Origin: Callorhinchus milii
Taxonomy: Eukaryota
Direction: 5' to 3'
Assembly: GCF_018977255.1 (NCBI RefSeq)
Contig: NW_024704742.1
Span: 76,820,001 to 76,884,000 of the forward strand
DNA length: 64,000 bases
The notes beneath the pieces are model-generated. The model ran no database searches, had not been told where the DNA came from, and saw only the letters and a list, made by a program, of their open reading frames with translations. Below, piece after piece: positions 33,943 to 47,469 of the stretch. Made by a program: the position numbers and the translations under genes. Each line of letters opens with the position of its first letter. Within the stretch, counting starts at the first letter, position 1.

Positions 33943-35879
33943 TCTAACTTAATTATACGCAGATCTGCGGCTATGCTTGGCCATCTATCCCCCAATTAAA
34001 AATACTGATCATTTACTTCATGGCTGTTTGTCGGATATTGATGTCTGAAAATTGGCAGCTGCATTTGGATACAAAATAAAACAAGTCGCTGCACTTTCAT
34101 GATATATTCTGTGAGGTGTTTTGAGATGCACTGATGTAAAAGGTGCTGTAACAAATGTAAGGATTATATCTCTGAATCTTAGTATTCAATAAAAAGTTGT
34201 TTAATTGCCTTTTGTCTGTTCCACAAATCCACATTTTTATCAGGGGAGAAATGATTCTTCTAATCTCAATTCTATTGGATGTTTTGTATTCCTATAATAT
34301 AGTAAGGTTTGGTACAGGACTCATTTAAAACTCAAATTGAAGCAGTAATGGAAAGATAACGGGTACTCCAGAAGGGTTAAATCAAATGGTCCTAATGGCC
34401 TAATTCATCTAAACCTCCCTTTATGTTTGAAATGGGCATATTACCCAATTTAGTGGAGAGGAAATCTTGTGTCCTCCAAGTTTTAACCATATATGTGAGC
34501 TCTGATGAGAAGGGATTTTGTGTGTATCTATAGGGAGGAGGGAGAAATATCCATCTCTGAACTGTGGCAACTGTGTAGCAACTGATGTGTATCCTCAACA
34601 TAATCTTTGTGAAGATGTATTTGAACACTTTTGTTGCATCATGAATGGATCACAAGGTTTCTCAGAAATAAAGCTTCACCTGTGCCATAATTAGTGCGCG
34701 TCTGTTCCTAATTCAACGTCAACATCTTGCATTTGTATGGCACCAAGGTAGCGTCCCAGGACGCTTGATCTCTCTAATACTAGCAAGGTGATCTTTTCAG
34801 TAGTGGCTTTCCTATTTATGTGAACTTACATTGGGGTACGTAGATCCCATTCAAAATTAAATCATTAGCATTTCTTTTTCTGGAACATTTGTTTAAAGTT
34901 TTCTTTATAAACAGTACCCTCCAGCGATGCTCAAGTTCTGTCGGTTGTGAAGTGCTTTGAGGCATCCTCCTGACATTAAAGGAGCTATATATATTATTGT
35001 GGTGTAAATCAATCACTTTGGATTAAATTGTCAGATGTGTGCTCATCACACAATGAAGAGTTGACTATTTTGAAAAGACAATTTAATATCTCTCACCAGA
35101 GCTAATTGTAGCGCTAAGGAAAGTTTGGGATTTTGGATGTTGAGCAGCATGGTTTGAATGGGAGACGTCACCAGAAATTGATCTTTAAGCACATATTGTG
35201 CTTAAAATTTTCTGGTAGAGTGAGCAGGATGTCCTGTGTACTGGCTGGCCAGATATCAGTAGGAATCAGGATGCTGTCAGCTGTGAGTGCTGATACAACT
35301 GTGGCCAAATTGTATTTAGACTCTTGGCATGGTGAGTGCTACGGATATTTCATTAAGCCAATTATAATGTAAGATGTATCTTTTATAGACACGTTCGTGA
35401 TCCTGCTTTCTAATTGATTTTTTAAAATCTCCTACTTTAATGGCACATTTGTATAATGAATAACATTCGTTTAGTGAGACATTAGTGTTTCTCCATCTTA
35501 GTTAACTTTTGCCTCCCAGAGGTTATGGTGTTGTATATAAATTTTTGTAGAATTGGTATGGGCCCATGGATAAATTTACAGGTTAAAAACTTTTAAGATT
35601 TTGCTTCTTCTCAATTGATGCCTCTTTGAATAAAGCCTTTGCAAATCTACACAACCTTGTTTGATGGATGGTCTGGGAACTCCTAGCAGATTATTTTTCC
35701 AATGTTTTTAAAGATCTTATCTTGCAACTCGTGTTTTAAATATTGAAATTAGAGGTCAATTCAGCCAAGTGTGATAGCGATGGAAAGCCATGGCAGAGAA
35801 GTGGAGAGTGCCAATTGTGGTACCATTCTTGAAAAAGGAGACAGCTAATCCGGGTAACGACAGGCCAGTTATCTTGATA

Positions 35880-36193
35880 TATGAAATGTTTGTTAATGTC
35901 CGTCCTTTGGATGAGATACAGACTGAGATCCATTCTGCCTGTTCAGGTGGATGTTAAAGATCCCATGGCACTATTCAAAAAGAGAAAGAAGTTTCTTTCC
36001 AGTCCAACAAATCCTTCAAATAAAATTGGTCACTCACTCCATGGCTGTTCGTGAGACATTGCTGTGCACAACAGGCTACCATGTTTCACTCACCAAAGAC
36101 ACAGTCACTCCACCATATAGTATATCATGTGAAGCACTTTGAAATGTTTCAACAACGTAATAAGGCGCTTTACCAAATTCAGGGATTATTATT
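35880..36193 (+). mobile_element. Deu-domain SINE family B, 3' part; its tail is the CR1 target site
   Basis: ccgtcctttggatgagat...ctgcctgttcaggtggatgttaaagatcccatggcactattcaaa. Confidence 0.78.
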
Positions 36194-36249
36194 ATCCCTG
36201 AATTTGGTAAAGCGCCTTATTACGTTGTTGAAACACTTCAAACATTTCA

Positions 36250-39200
36250 AAAATAGGGAAGTACACAGGGCTTTAAACTACTAAGGGGCGGTAAATTCAA
36301 TCACATGTAATCCGTTACAACTAAAATTAGGACCGGTGAAAGTGGGAGAGCAGATTAATTAGGGAGATGAGAAAAGGGTGTCAAACGGGGAAAGGAAGCC
36401 CAGGGATAGGGTACTGGTGAATAGGACTAATAGCCCAAAGTCAGAATTAAAGGTGCTATATCTGAATGCGCGAAGCATTCAAAACGAGATAGATGAGTTA
36501 AATGCACAAATAGAAACAAATGGGTATGATCTGGTAGCCATCACCGAGACATGGTTACAGGGAGATCAAGGGTGGGAGCTAAATATTCCAGGGTACTTGG
36601 TGTATAGGAAAGATAGGCAATGTGGTAAACAAGGAAGGGGTTGACCCTGCTAATAAAGGATGGGATAAAAACAGTAGAGAGGAAAGATTTTAGATCAGAA
36701 AAGCAGGAAGTAGAGTCAGTATGGGTAGAGGTACGTAACAACAAGGGGCAGAAAACTCCAGTGGGAGTAGTTTATAGACCCCGAACAGCAGTCACAGTAT
36801 CTCTCAAGGTATAAATCAGGAAATTAGCAGAGCATGTAGTAAAGGAAAAACATTAATTGTGGGTGATTTTAATCTGCACATAGATTGGGACAACCAAATT
36901 GGGAAAAGTAAGATAGAGGAAGAGTTTATAGAATGTATTAGGGATAATTATCTAGATCAGTATGCCACGGAGCCAACCAGGGAACAGGCCATATTAGACC
37001 TTGTTTTGTGCAATGAAGCAGGGCTGATCAGCAAACTAGAAATTAAGGCTCCTCTGGGGCAAAGTGATCAAAATACGATGGAATTTAGCATTAAGTTAGA
37101 GAGAGAAATAGTTAAGTCCGAAGCAAAGGTTTCAAATTTAAGTAGAGCTAATTTTGCTGGTATGAGATAGAATTTAGCGAAAATAAACTGGGAAATTAGA
37201 CTTAAGGATTTGACAGTAGACCAGCAATGGCAGACGTTTAAGGAGATAGTGCAAAATTCCCAGCGAGCACGTATTCCTTTGAGGAATAAGAATGCCACAG
37301 GAAAGGTGGCCCAACCGTGGCTAACTAGAGCAGTTAGGGAAAGTATAAAGTTAAAGGAAGAAGCCTATAAAGCAGCTAAGATGAGTAGTAAACCCGAGGA
37401 TTGGGAAAACATTAGGGATCAACAAAGGAGAACCAAAAAAGTGATTAGGAAGGAGAAAATGGAATATGAGGGCAAACTAGCAAAGAACATAAAGACAGAC
37501 TACAAGAGATTTTATAAATATATAAAGAGGAAGAGGCTGTCGAGGGTAAATGTGGGTCCGCTACAGGCAGAGACGGGGGGAATTATAGTAGGGGACAAAG
37601 ACATGGCAGAGTCATTAAACAAGTACTTTGCTACTGTCTTCACCTTAGAAGACACTGAAAACCTACCAAGAATAGAGGGGAACCAAGAAGAAAATGTTAG
37701 CGAGCAACTTGGAGGAATTAATATTAGTAAAGAAATGGTTTTAGGTAAATTATCAGGTCTTAAAACTGATAAATCCCTGGACCTGATGGCCTACATCCTA
37801 GGGTTTTAAAAGAGGTGGCTACTGAGATAGTGGATGGCTTGTCTTTGATCTTCCAAAATTCTCTGGATTCTGGAACGGTTCCCATTGATTGGAAGATTGC
37901 AAACGTGACACCACTATTTAAGAAGGGTGGGAGAGAAAAGATGGGGAACTATAGACCAGTTAGTCTGACATCAGTGGTAGGGAAAATTCTTGAGTCCTTA
38001 ATTAAGATGTCGTTATGGGATTCCTGGAAGACCATAACAAGATTAGGCAGAGTCAACATGGCTTTACAAAAGGGAAGTCATGCTTAACTAATCTTTTAGA
38101 GTTTTTTGAAGATGTATCTAGCAGGTTAGATAGGGGGAACCAGTAGATGTAGTATATTTAGATTTTAAAAAGGCATTTGACAAAGTGCCACACAAAAGGC
38201 TATTGCACAAGGTTAAGGCCCACGGGATTAATGGGAACATATTAGCATGGATTGAAGAGTGGCTAACGGGTAGAAAACAGAGAGTAGGGATAAACGGGTC
38301 ATTCTCGAATTGGCAGGATGTGACTAGTGGAGTGCCACAAGGATCAGTGCTTGGGCCTCAGCTATTTACAATTTACATCAATGATCTAGACGAGGACATT
38401 GAATGTAACGTATCTAAATTCGCGGATGACACTAAACTAGGTGGGAGAGTAAGCTCTGAGGATAATGCAAAAAGATTGCAACGGGATAGGCTAGGGGAGT
38501 GGGCAAGTAGGTGGCAGATGGAATTTAATGTGGGGAAGTGTGAAGTTATTCACCTCGGTAGAAAAAATAGAAAAACAGATTATTTTCTAGAGGGGGAGAG
38601 ATTAGATAGTGTTAGTGTTCAGAGGGATTTGGGTGTCCTTGTACACCAGTCTCAAAAAGTTAGTTTGCAGGTGCAGCAAGCAACTAAGAAGGCGAACGGC
38701 ATGTTAGCGTTCATTGCAAAAGGTTTAGAGTACAAGAGTAGGGAAGTCTTGCTGCAACTGTATAGGGCCTTTGTGAGACCGCACCTAGAGTATTGTGTGC
38801 AGTTTTGGTCTCCTTATTTAAAAAAGGACATACTTGCCCTGGAGGGGGTGCAGCGTAGATTCACTCGGTTAGTTCCTGGGATGAGGGGACTGATCTATGA
38901 GGATAGGCTGAATAAGCTAGGGCTGTATTCTCTAGAGTACAGAAGAATTAGGGGATATCTTATTGAAACATATAAGATTCTTAAAGGGCTGGATAAAGTA
39001 GACACTGAGGGTCTGTTTCCCCTGGTAGGAGAGTCTATAACCAGGGGTCACAGTCTTAAAGTTAAGGGTCAGTCTTTCAGAACAGAGTTGAGGAAACATT
39101 TCTTCACTCAGAGGGTAGTGAATTTATGGAATTCACTACCCCAGAAGGCTGTAGATGCTCAGTCCTTGAACATCTTCAAGACTGAGACTGATAGATTTTT

Positions 39201-39348
39201 AAAAAACAGAGGCATTAGGGGATATGGGGATAGGGCAGGTAATTAGAGTTAGGTCAGAAGATCAGCCATGATCTTATCGAATGGCGGGGCACACGCGAGG
39301 GGCCGAATGGCCTACTCCTGCTCCTAATTCTTATGTTATTATTATTAT
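36250..39348 (+). mobile_element. CR1-clade LINE, 5'-truncated at the end of ORF1, near-complete but frameshifted ORF2 (APE endonuclease + RT)
   Basis: ORF1-like end (RALN). Endonuclease motifs YLNARSI, AITETW, GDFN, LDL. RT motifs NYRPVSLTS, DFKKAFDKVPH, GVPQGSVLGP, FADD, followed by RPHLEYCVQFW. 3'UTR cagccatgatc...ggccgaatggcctactcctgctcct...ttatg is typical of chondrichthyan CR1. Several frameshifts/stops. Confidence 0.96.
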
Positions 39349-39379
39349 AGAAAAGGTATGGGAATCTATAATATTGCAT

Positions 39380-39870
39380 GTAATTAAGAGCAGCCAGCTT
39401 GAATTTATGAAAGGAAGATCATGTTTGACCAATCGTATCAAATTCTTGAAGAAGTAGCCATTAAAGTAGACAAGTGTGTGTATGGACTTCCTGAAGACCT
39501 TTGATAAGGTGCCACATAAGAGACTTGTGGTAAAATCGGGATACGTGGAGTTGAGAGAGAGGGTACAGAATGGATTAAAAGATAGCTGAAAAATAGGAAA
39601 TACAGAATAGAAATAATGGGCAGTTTAGACAGGCTGGAAGTAGAAAGTGATGTTCCACGGGGATCAGTACTTGGACCCCAGCCATTCGCCATGAATATAA
39701 ATCATTTGGGCTCAGGTATAGGAGGTATGGTATCAATTTGCAGATAGCACCAAACTGGGGCTTGTAATTAAATGATGAAGAGTTTGCAAAAATATGCAGG
39801 ATGTCATAAACAGACTTGCAGAATCAAAGCAGATGAAATTTAATATAGGGAATTGTGAAGTGATTTTTGG
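39380..39870 (+). mobile_element. Older degenerate CR1 RT fragment
   Basis: aaaggaagatcatgtttgacc, tttgataaggtgccaca, gggatcagtacttggacccc (PQGSVLGP-like). Confidence 0.8.
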
Positions 39871-40185
39871 GGGGGAAGTGGCAGGGGAGGGAAGAAGAGC
39901 AGAGTGTTATAAAACTGAAAGAACCTGTGTGTTTTGAATTCATTTTGCGAAAGTGTTTTTGGATTTGAGTTTCAAATTTTCTGAGTCAGTATTTCCTAAT
40001 ATTTTTGCTGTCTTGCAAACCAAGGGAGGACCCATCTGATTGAGATGATGTGTTTTCAGTAGGATAATTGCGAGAGGACTGTGCCTTTCAATAGAACCAG
40101 ACAACTTACACCCTCCAATCTTTGACCCATTACCTATTTAATGCTAGCAAAAGATCCCAAGAGCAGATTGGGTAAAGTTCAAACA

Positions 40186-40338
40186 AAATGCAAAGTACTG
40201 CAGGTGCTGGAAATATGAAACAAAAACAGAAGTCGCTGGGGACACTCAGCAAGTCAGGCAGAATCATGGACCCGAAACGTTGACTCAATTTCCTTTCTCC
40301 ATAGATGCTGCCTGACCCAGCAACTTCTGTTTTTATTA
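40186..40338 (+). mobile_element. Second copy of the Penelope-like hairpin element
   Basis: tgcaggtgctggaaatatgaaacaaaaacagaagtcgctgggg...ggacccgaaacgttga...gatgctgcctgacccagcaacttctgttttt. Confidence 0.6.
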
Positions 40339-40952
40339 AAGTTTATATCAGCAGGCAGAACTGCTGCTTTAATGGATAAGTGAATCTACTGCAATAAAAT
40401 AAATTAAACTTCTTGACCTCAGAAAGAATAATGCAGGTATTTGCACTGGTGGTGGAAGACTTGAACTGCAATAAAATGCCTTTATTGATGTGGTTTCTGC
40501 TGACAATGCCATTTTAGCTACATTCCTGAACTTGCAGCATTGGAAAATCATCAGTGTTTGCTTAATGTTTCCATTTTGACTTTCCTGCCTGCTGCTTTAC
40601 AGCCAAAATTTAAAAAAAGTTTAGATTTTGTTTCCTTGAGTCTTACAGCGCTGTTTACTGTTGAAAAGTCCCATTGTATTATCCACATTATAAAATATGA
40701 GTATAAATTGAACTTCACGCTTGTCTTTAATTAAAAAATCTAACCATGTTGTTTCCATCAGGAGAAACCTTTCCCCACTGACTAAGCAAACAAATTGCAT
40801 ATCCTTCAGTTCATACTGTATATTTTGACAATGAGAGTAACCTTAAAAACCCATGTTCTTTTCCTTGCTGAACTGGAGAATGAGAATGATCAAAGCTGCT
40901 TGTTCATTGAGTTTGCTGATAAAAATGTCCTTTCTGTAGCTGTCAAGAAAAG

Positions 40953-42100
40953 AACAACAATAACAACTTGCATTTATATAGAGCCTTTCATGTGGGGTAG
41001 CGTCCTGGAGCACTTGACAGTGGCAGATTCTGACAACGAGCCAGAGGGAGGGGGGAGGTGACCGTAAGCCCAACAAAAAGAAAGGTCTTTAGGTGGAATT
41101 TGAAGGTGGGGGGCGAGAGGGTAAGGCGAACTGATTGAGAGAGTCCCAGAGTTTTGGGACATGGTGGCTGAAGGCACGGCCACTGATGGTGGAACTGAGT
41201 GCACAAAAGACAAATAAGAAGCTGGAGCCAACCGAATGGAGACAGCAGGCGGTGGACTGGAGGCTAAGCAGGTCGGAAAGTTAGGGAGGTGCCAGGGCAT
41301 GAAGTGATTTGAAAATGAGTGAGAGGAACTTGAAATAGATCCATTCGGTGATTGGAAGCCAGTGGAGCCTGTCAAGGACTGGTGTGATGGAGGTACCAAG
41401 TTTTGTGCGGTTAAGTATCCAGGCGGCGGATTTTTGTATTAATTGGATTTTGTGTATGATGGAGCTGGGGAGGCCAGCGAGGAGGGCTTTGGAATAGTCC
41501 AGCCGGGAAGTGATGAAGGAATGGATGAGTGTTTTAGCTGTGATGGTTGTGAGGTACAGATGAAGGTGGGCAAAGTGATGGAGGTGGACAATGTGACAGA
41601 GATGGAAAAAAGGAACATATGTGTGGTAGAATGGAAAGCTGGAAATTGAACCTGACGCCTAAGTTGTGCACAGGATCGGAGAATCTGAGGAAGAGCCCAG
41701 GGAGGTTGAGGTGTTCAGACTCGCAGGAGAGAAGATATTGACGGGAGCCAAAGAGTATGGCTTCCATCCTGCTGACATTCAGCTGCAGGTAATTTGCGCT
41801 CATCCAGGCCTTAATGTTGGTCAAACAAGCTGACAGGATATCAACGGACTGGGAGTCGCATCTGGAGGGGGAGAAGTATATATGGGTGTCATCCACATAT
41901 ATATGGAAGTTGAGCCCATGTCTGCAGATGACATCGCCGAGACAGAGCACGTAAAGGAGGTAAAGAAAGGGGCCAAGGATGGAGCCTTGGGGTTCCCTGC
42001 CAGTGACCAGGCGGGGGCGAGAGGAAAAAACATTGGCCGACATGAAATGCTGGCAATTGGTTAAGTAGGAAATGTCAGTTCTGAGAAATGTTTGATGCCA
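40953..42100 (-). mobile_element. L2 3' portion (RT to tail)
   Basis: PQGSILGP, YVDDT, WMSANYLQLN; tail with (TTG)n. Confidence 0.92.
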
Positions 42101-42159
42101 GGTTGTATCCCAACACATTGGATGACTCATTGGTGATGCTGTGCTTGCACATCTCATCA

Positions 42160-43060
42160 ACAACAACTTTGATTTATATAGTGCCCTCCATCCTGGACGG
42201 TGTCTCAGAGCGCTTTACAGTAACAGATCACGAGGCTGAGCCAGGCGGAGGGGGAGGAAGGTGACCAAAGGCGAAAAGAGTATGGCTTCCATCTTGTCAA
42301 CATTCAGCTGAAGGAAATTCACGCTCATCAAGCTCCTAAGATCTGACAGGCAGGCTGACAGAACATCAGGGGACTGGGGATCGCAAAGTGAGGTGGAAAA
42401 ATAGTGTTGGGTGTCATCCGCATACATGTGGAAGTGTACCCCATGTCTGTGGATGACATCCCCAAGAGGGAGCATATGGATCAGAAAGAAGAGGGGGCCA
42501 AGGATGGGTGAGAGTGGGAGGAGAAGCCATTTGTGCAGATGTACTGCTGGCAGTTCGTGAGGTAGGACTCGAATCAGGCGAGTGCGGTCCCACTGAAGTG
42601 GATGACGGAGGAAAGGCGGTGGAGGAGGATGGCGTGATTGACTGTGTCGAAGGCGGCGGAGAGGTCCAGGAGGACAAAGAGGCAGAGGGAGCCCTGGTCA
42701 CAGATAGAGAGGATGTCATTTGTGACTTTCAGAAGTGCAGTCTCTGTACTGTGGGCAGAGCGGAAGAGGGAGTGGGAGGAGAGGTGCGCGCAAAGTTGAT
42801 TGGCAACAACGCATTCTAGGACTTTTGCGAGGAAGGGCAGGTTAGAAATAGGGCGGTAGTGGCTGGGGTTTGAGGGATCTAGGGAAGGTTTTTTGAGGAG
42901 TGGGGTGATGACAGCATTTTTGAGGGGGGCAGCGACTGATCCAGAGGAGAGGGATTGATTGATGACATCAGCCAGTAGTGGGCAGAGGAAGGGGAGCTGG
43001 GTGACCAGCAAGTTGGTGGGAGGGGGTCGAGGCAGCAGGTGGTGGGTTTTGTCTCATTCA
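42160..43060 (-). mobile_element. L2 RT fragments (with a tail piece at 42160-42215)
   Basis: YRPISNLPFLAKVLE, HSTETALL, LLDLSAAFDTV, YADDT. Confidence 0.93.
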
Positions 43061-43654
43061 TTCTTATTTGCCACCTCCTGAATTCAGGGCAATAAGTCCA
43101 ACTGTAGCTCTCCACTGTTATAGATAGACACCTAAGAGTAAGAAGTCCATCAAGTCTGGTCCCCCACAATATTCACTGCCCTACAGGAGTTTGCTTCTCT
43201 TGGTCCAGGTGAGATAGGAGAGCATTATTATTTTACTTTACTGTCCCTCACCAAAGCTTATTGAGGGGGTCATTTCAGGTGGTGTTATAAGGACACCACA
43301 GTTTTCTGATGTATTGTACAACCCATCAATTGTGCACATCAAGCATTATGCTAAATGTACGGGCGCAGAGATCATCACTCTTCCTTTAACCTATGTTTTT
43401 TCAGTTTGCAAGTGGTATTCAGTATTAAGTATATCATTATGGAGCTTGTGGCGATGAAGCCACAAAGCTGCAGTTAGCCTCTTCCCTGATGGCCTATTGA
43501 GCGGAAAGTGGACTCTGCAGGTTTAATTCTGTGTTCAGTATGTTCATCTCATCTAGGAAGAGGACAAAGTGCTTTTTCGCAAGTTGCATCTTTGCAAATG
43601 CTTGTGTGTGATCTTGGCGTGATGAAAAATTATGTTCGTTTTTTCTGGCTCCTG

Positions 43655-44110
43655 GATGTGATGAAGGCATGAACAAGCGTTTCAGCGGCCTGAGGGGTGA
43701 GGTAGTTATGGAGTTGGGCGATGTTACGGAGGTGAGGGAAGGCAGAGCCGGTCATGGCTTGGATGTGGGGAAGAAGACAGTTGAGGGTCGAACAAGACCC
43801 CTAGGTTCCTGACTGGTTTGGTGAGTGGAAGTGTGCAACCATGGAGGTTGATGTTGCCAGAGCCTGAGGTGCTGAGGCGCTGGTGTGAGCCAATCAGGAG
43901 GGCCTCAGTCTTGTTCACATTCAACTGTAGGAAATTTGCCCTCATCCAGGACTTGATGTCCGACAGACAGTCTGTCAGGACAGCAGTGGTCCTGGAGTTG
44001 AGGGTGGAGGCAGAAAGATAGAGTTGGGTGTCATCCGCATACATGTGGAAGTTGACCCCATGTCTGTGGATGATGTCACCAAGGGGGAGCATGTAGGTAT
44101 TAAAGGGGAG
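43655..44110 (-). mobile_element. L2 RT fragment
   Basis: YMLPLG...[34 protein letters not shown]. Confidence 0.93.
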
Positions 44111-44596
44111 AGGGCTCTTCACTGAAATTTTATGAAAGAGTAACAATCTTGCCTAAGCACAATTGCACAAAGAAATGTGCTTTTATAACAGCAAAGTAAG
44201 TGGACTGCTTTCCCCCCTCCCAAATCTTAAGAACTGTACCATTTTTAAAATCAAGTGACAGAGGACTGTAAGCGGAGTCTCCTTGGAGCTAAACTGGCTT
44301 CAATGTGACATGCCTGGCAACGGAATGTCAGAATCGAATGAACTGCTTGTGGTTGTTTTTGGTAGTCTGGTCCCTGAGCCAGATGGGTCTGCAATACTAC
44401 ATGGCACTGCTGAGGACAGCCCAGCCAGCCTGACTCATGGCAGGACTTGAAGAAGCAAGACCAGTTACTAGGAGCAGGGATTTTCATTCCTGTTAACCCT
44501 GCAAACCAAAGCCGTAATAGATAATGATCCCAACTGGACAAACAGTGGAAACCTTGCCAGACAGTGCTTTCAGTGGCAAACTACATTAAACTCTTG

Positions 44597-44690
44597 AACA
44601 AAAACAGAAGTCGCTGGGAACACGTCTGTTCCCCCAGCGACTTCTATTTTTGGTTCAGATTTCCAGTATCTGCAGTATTTTTGCGTTATG
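44597..44690 (-). mobile_element. Third, internally deleted copy of the Penelope-like hairpin element
   Basis: caaaaacagaagtcgctgggaac...gttcccccagcgacttctatttttg, then ttcagatttccagtatctgcag (reverse of the family 5' end). Confidence 0.6.
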
Positions 44691-44911
44691 TTTATACATT
44701 AAACTCTCGATAACAAGACCCTATCTTACTTTGTCTTAAAAACTAAGCTGTCATTATCCCGGAAACTTCCCATGCAAAATGTTAATAAGGGCCTCTGCAT
44801 TATTGCTTAACACATAACTTGTTGCATTCTAGAAATTCTTGTAAGTACTTACTTCAAATAACTTGTCCTATAAAATGGCATCTTCCATTGCAGAGGCCTC
44901 CTTTCCTATCA

Positions 44912-45135
44912 TGGAGTCCTGTAGCTCAGTGGTTAGAGCACTCGCCTCGCAAGCAAGAGACCTGGGTTCAATTCCCGGCAGGGCGAAACCTTGGGCGACT
45001 TTCCTTACTCCACACGCCTGGTAATAATCCCTCAAAAAAAAGAACACAGTAATAAATTGGTCACTTCAAGCCATGACTGCTTGTAGTACACTACTGTGCG
45101 CAATTAGCCTCTGCGTTTCACCCACAAATATACAG
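44912..45135 (+). mobile_element. SINE family A, 3'-truncated
   Basis: Intact tRNA head and body; tail missing. Confidence 0.88.
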
Positions 45136-45225
45136 GTGCTCAGATGCATCACAGAGGCCTCTGGTCTATTGTAGGGCTTCACCATGGCCTCCTGCGCTGC
45201 CTCCCACTCTATTTGTATAGGATAA

Positions 45226-45440
45226 ATAATAATAATAATAATCCTTGCACTTGATATAGTACTTTTCATGTCTTCTAGACGTCCCAAAGCGCTTCACAGA
45301 ATATACTGTAAAGTGAATTGACTGTATATTTGTGGGCGAAAGCGGCAGCCAATTGCGCACAGCAGTGTCCCACAAACAGTCGTGGATTGAAAATGACCAA
45401 TTTATTATTGTTTTGTTTTTTGGAGGGATTATTATAATAA
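45226..45440 (-). mobile_element. SINE family A, 3' half
   Basis: Tail and body up to the gagggattattat segment. Confidence 0.88.
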
Positions 45441-47469
45441 TAGGATGGGGCAGGAGGCCACAGTGTGGCCCTTCAATAGCTTTGGGGACTTGTTATATGA
45501 TGGGTAGGGATTTTATGATCCCCCAACAACTGCTGTTTGATGAGTCTTCACTGTATTAGAGTTACAGCATTCACTAACAGATTGCTTTAGGTCTTGTAGG
45601 AGAAGCTGTAGTTACTATGTAGTGGTATCAGAGGGTTACATTGTCCAAGGTATTGGTGCCAGATGCCAGATTGAACAATGTGCTATCACATACAGCACTA
45701 GACAGTGTAAACTTGTTTTCCCTGATCAAATTTTCATGTGTTAAGTGAATCTTTTCATTAATGTTAGACCACTGTAATCAAAGGACACTTTTTTGGAGTT
45801 CTGTTGTACTTCTTAAGAAGAAATAGGGGAAATGAACTGTCTTCATCGTGTGAGATTGCCTGAATCATTGCATAGCTTGCAGTAATTCAACAGCTTTGTT
45901 TTTGTATTGTATTGTGTTGTCAGATGGCAAACCAAGCCAAGCTAAGGATGCACCCAAATGTTGATGACAGTTGAGCCATCATCCGATTTTAACTTTGGCT
46001 GTCATCTATAAAGCTTAGCCATGCATTACAGAGCAGGTGAAACATACTGAGCAAAGGTAATTTTTGAAGTAACAAACTGAGCAAGAGAGACCAGCCTATT
46101 TTAATACATTAGTTCATTAATCACCTACATCTGAGAGACAATCCGTTTATATCAGATTGTACATCCATACATGCAATATAATTTTATGATAGCCTTGGAG
46201 GTTATGTACTGTATAATCTTAAATTTACCTTATTGCTGGTGTCAGCCTGACCCAGTTGGAAGCAATTTCAACCACAACAACTTGCATTTATATATAGCGC
46301 CCTTCACGCAGGGTGGTGTCCCGGAATGAGTGGTAGCAATCTCAACTCGTGGGTTCAATCCCGACACCAGGACTTTGAGCTCAGGCTAGATACACATTTC
46401 AGTTCAGTGATGGGGGAGCGTTGCATTGTCAGAGGTCAAAATCCATGTCCTGTCTGCCTCTTCAGGTGGACATTAACATCCCGTGGCACCACTTGAAAAC
46501 AGAACGTACTTTCTTCCAGTGACCTAGCCAATCCCGCCCCCCTCTATAGATCATGAAAATTGATCATGGCTATAGGATATTGTTGTACACAAATTGCCAG
46601 CCAGTATAACATGATAAGATGCTGTATCAAATACAGAGTGATGATGATTATTATCATTATTATAGGGTATTTAATGAAGATAAAGAGCAAAGGGCCAGAA
46701 AAGCAGGATTTTTTTTTGCCCCCAGATAGCTTTTAGGATGTGAAATGTTCTACCCAGTACTGTGATCAAGGCAGAATCTATGTTAGTTTTCAAGATAGAT
46801 GCCTAAAATGGAGTAATAGCTAAAATGGAGTAATTTACAGGTTGTCGATAAGACAGACAAGACTAAATGATCTTTCACGGATCCAGAAGTGATGGGTTCA
46901 ATGGCCTTCTCCTGTGCTGTAAATTTCTATGGTTCTGTCATAAATCTTTTGTTGCATAGATACAGCTGAATATAGTATATGACAGTACATTGAACTGTGT
47001 CCTTTCAGCCCTCAGTACGCCTCCTCTGAGATGTCAGAGCTAAGAATTAAACGTTTTTCTGGGCACACTTTACTCCTGCTGACAATTAGGCTGTAAATTG
47101 TGTCTATTGTTGTTTGCTTGAGTTGGTTTATGTGAAGATTATTTGGTCAAGCAACAATTAGCTTATTTAAATCGCCGAACCTACGAATGATACCTATTTC
47201 TCTGATGTGCTGTAAGTTTGTTTGGGATTGATACTATTGGGACAGAATTGTCAGATTCCAGCTGCCTGTGAGTGTGAAGTTAGTGATGTTGGAGCATAAT
47301 TTGTAACTCCTGGGAAGTGTGTTGGCAACAGGCTTTCAAAAGTGTTGCTAATTGAATGCATCTCAAGAAAACATAGTACACAAGAACTCCTGCATTCTGG
47401 TGTGAGAAACAGGAGTTAAAGTGTGTTGTTGAACGGTAACTCATTTTATTTGCATGTCAGGAGCTTGTG

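Noticed and set aside
38185..39246. 353-aa RT ORF as an active or domesticated gene
   Set aside because: It is part of a CR1 ORF2 broken by several upstream frameshifts and a stop, and the element is 5'-truncated.
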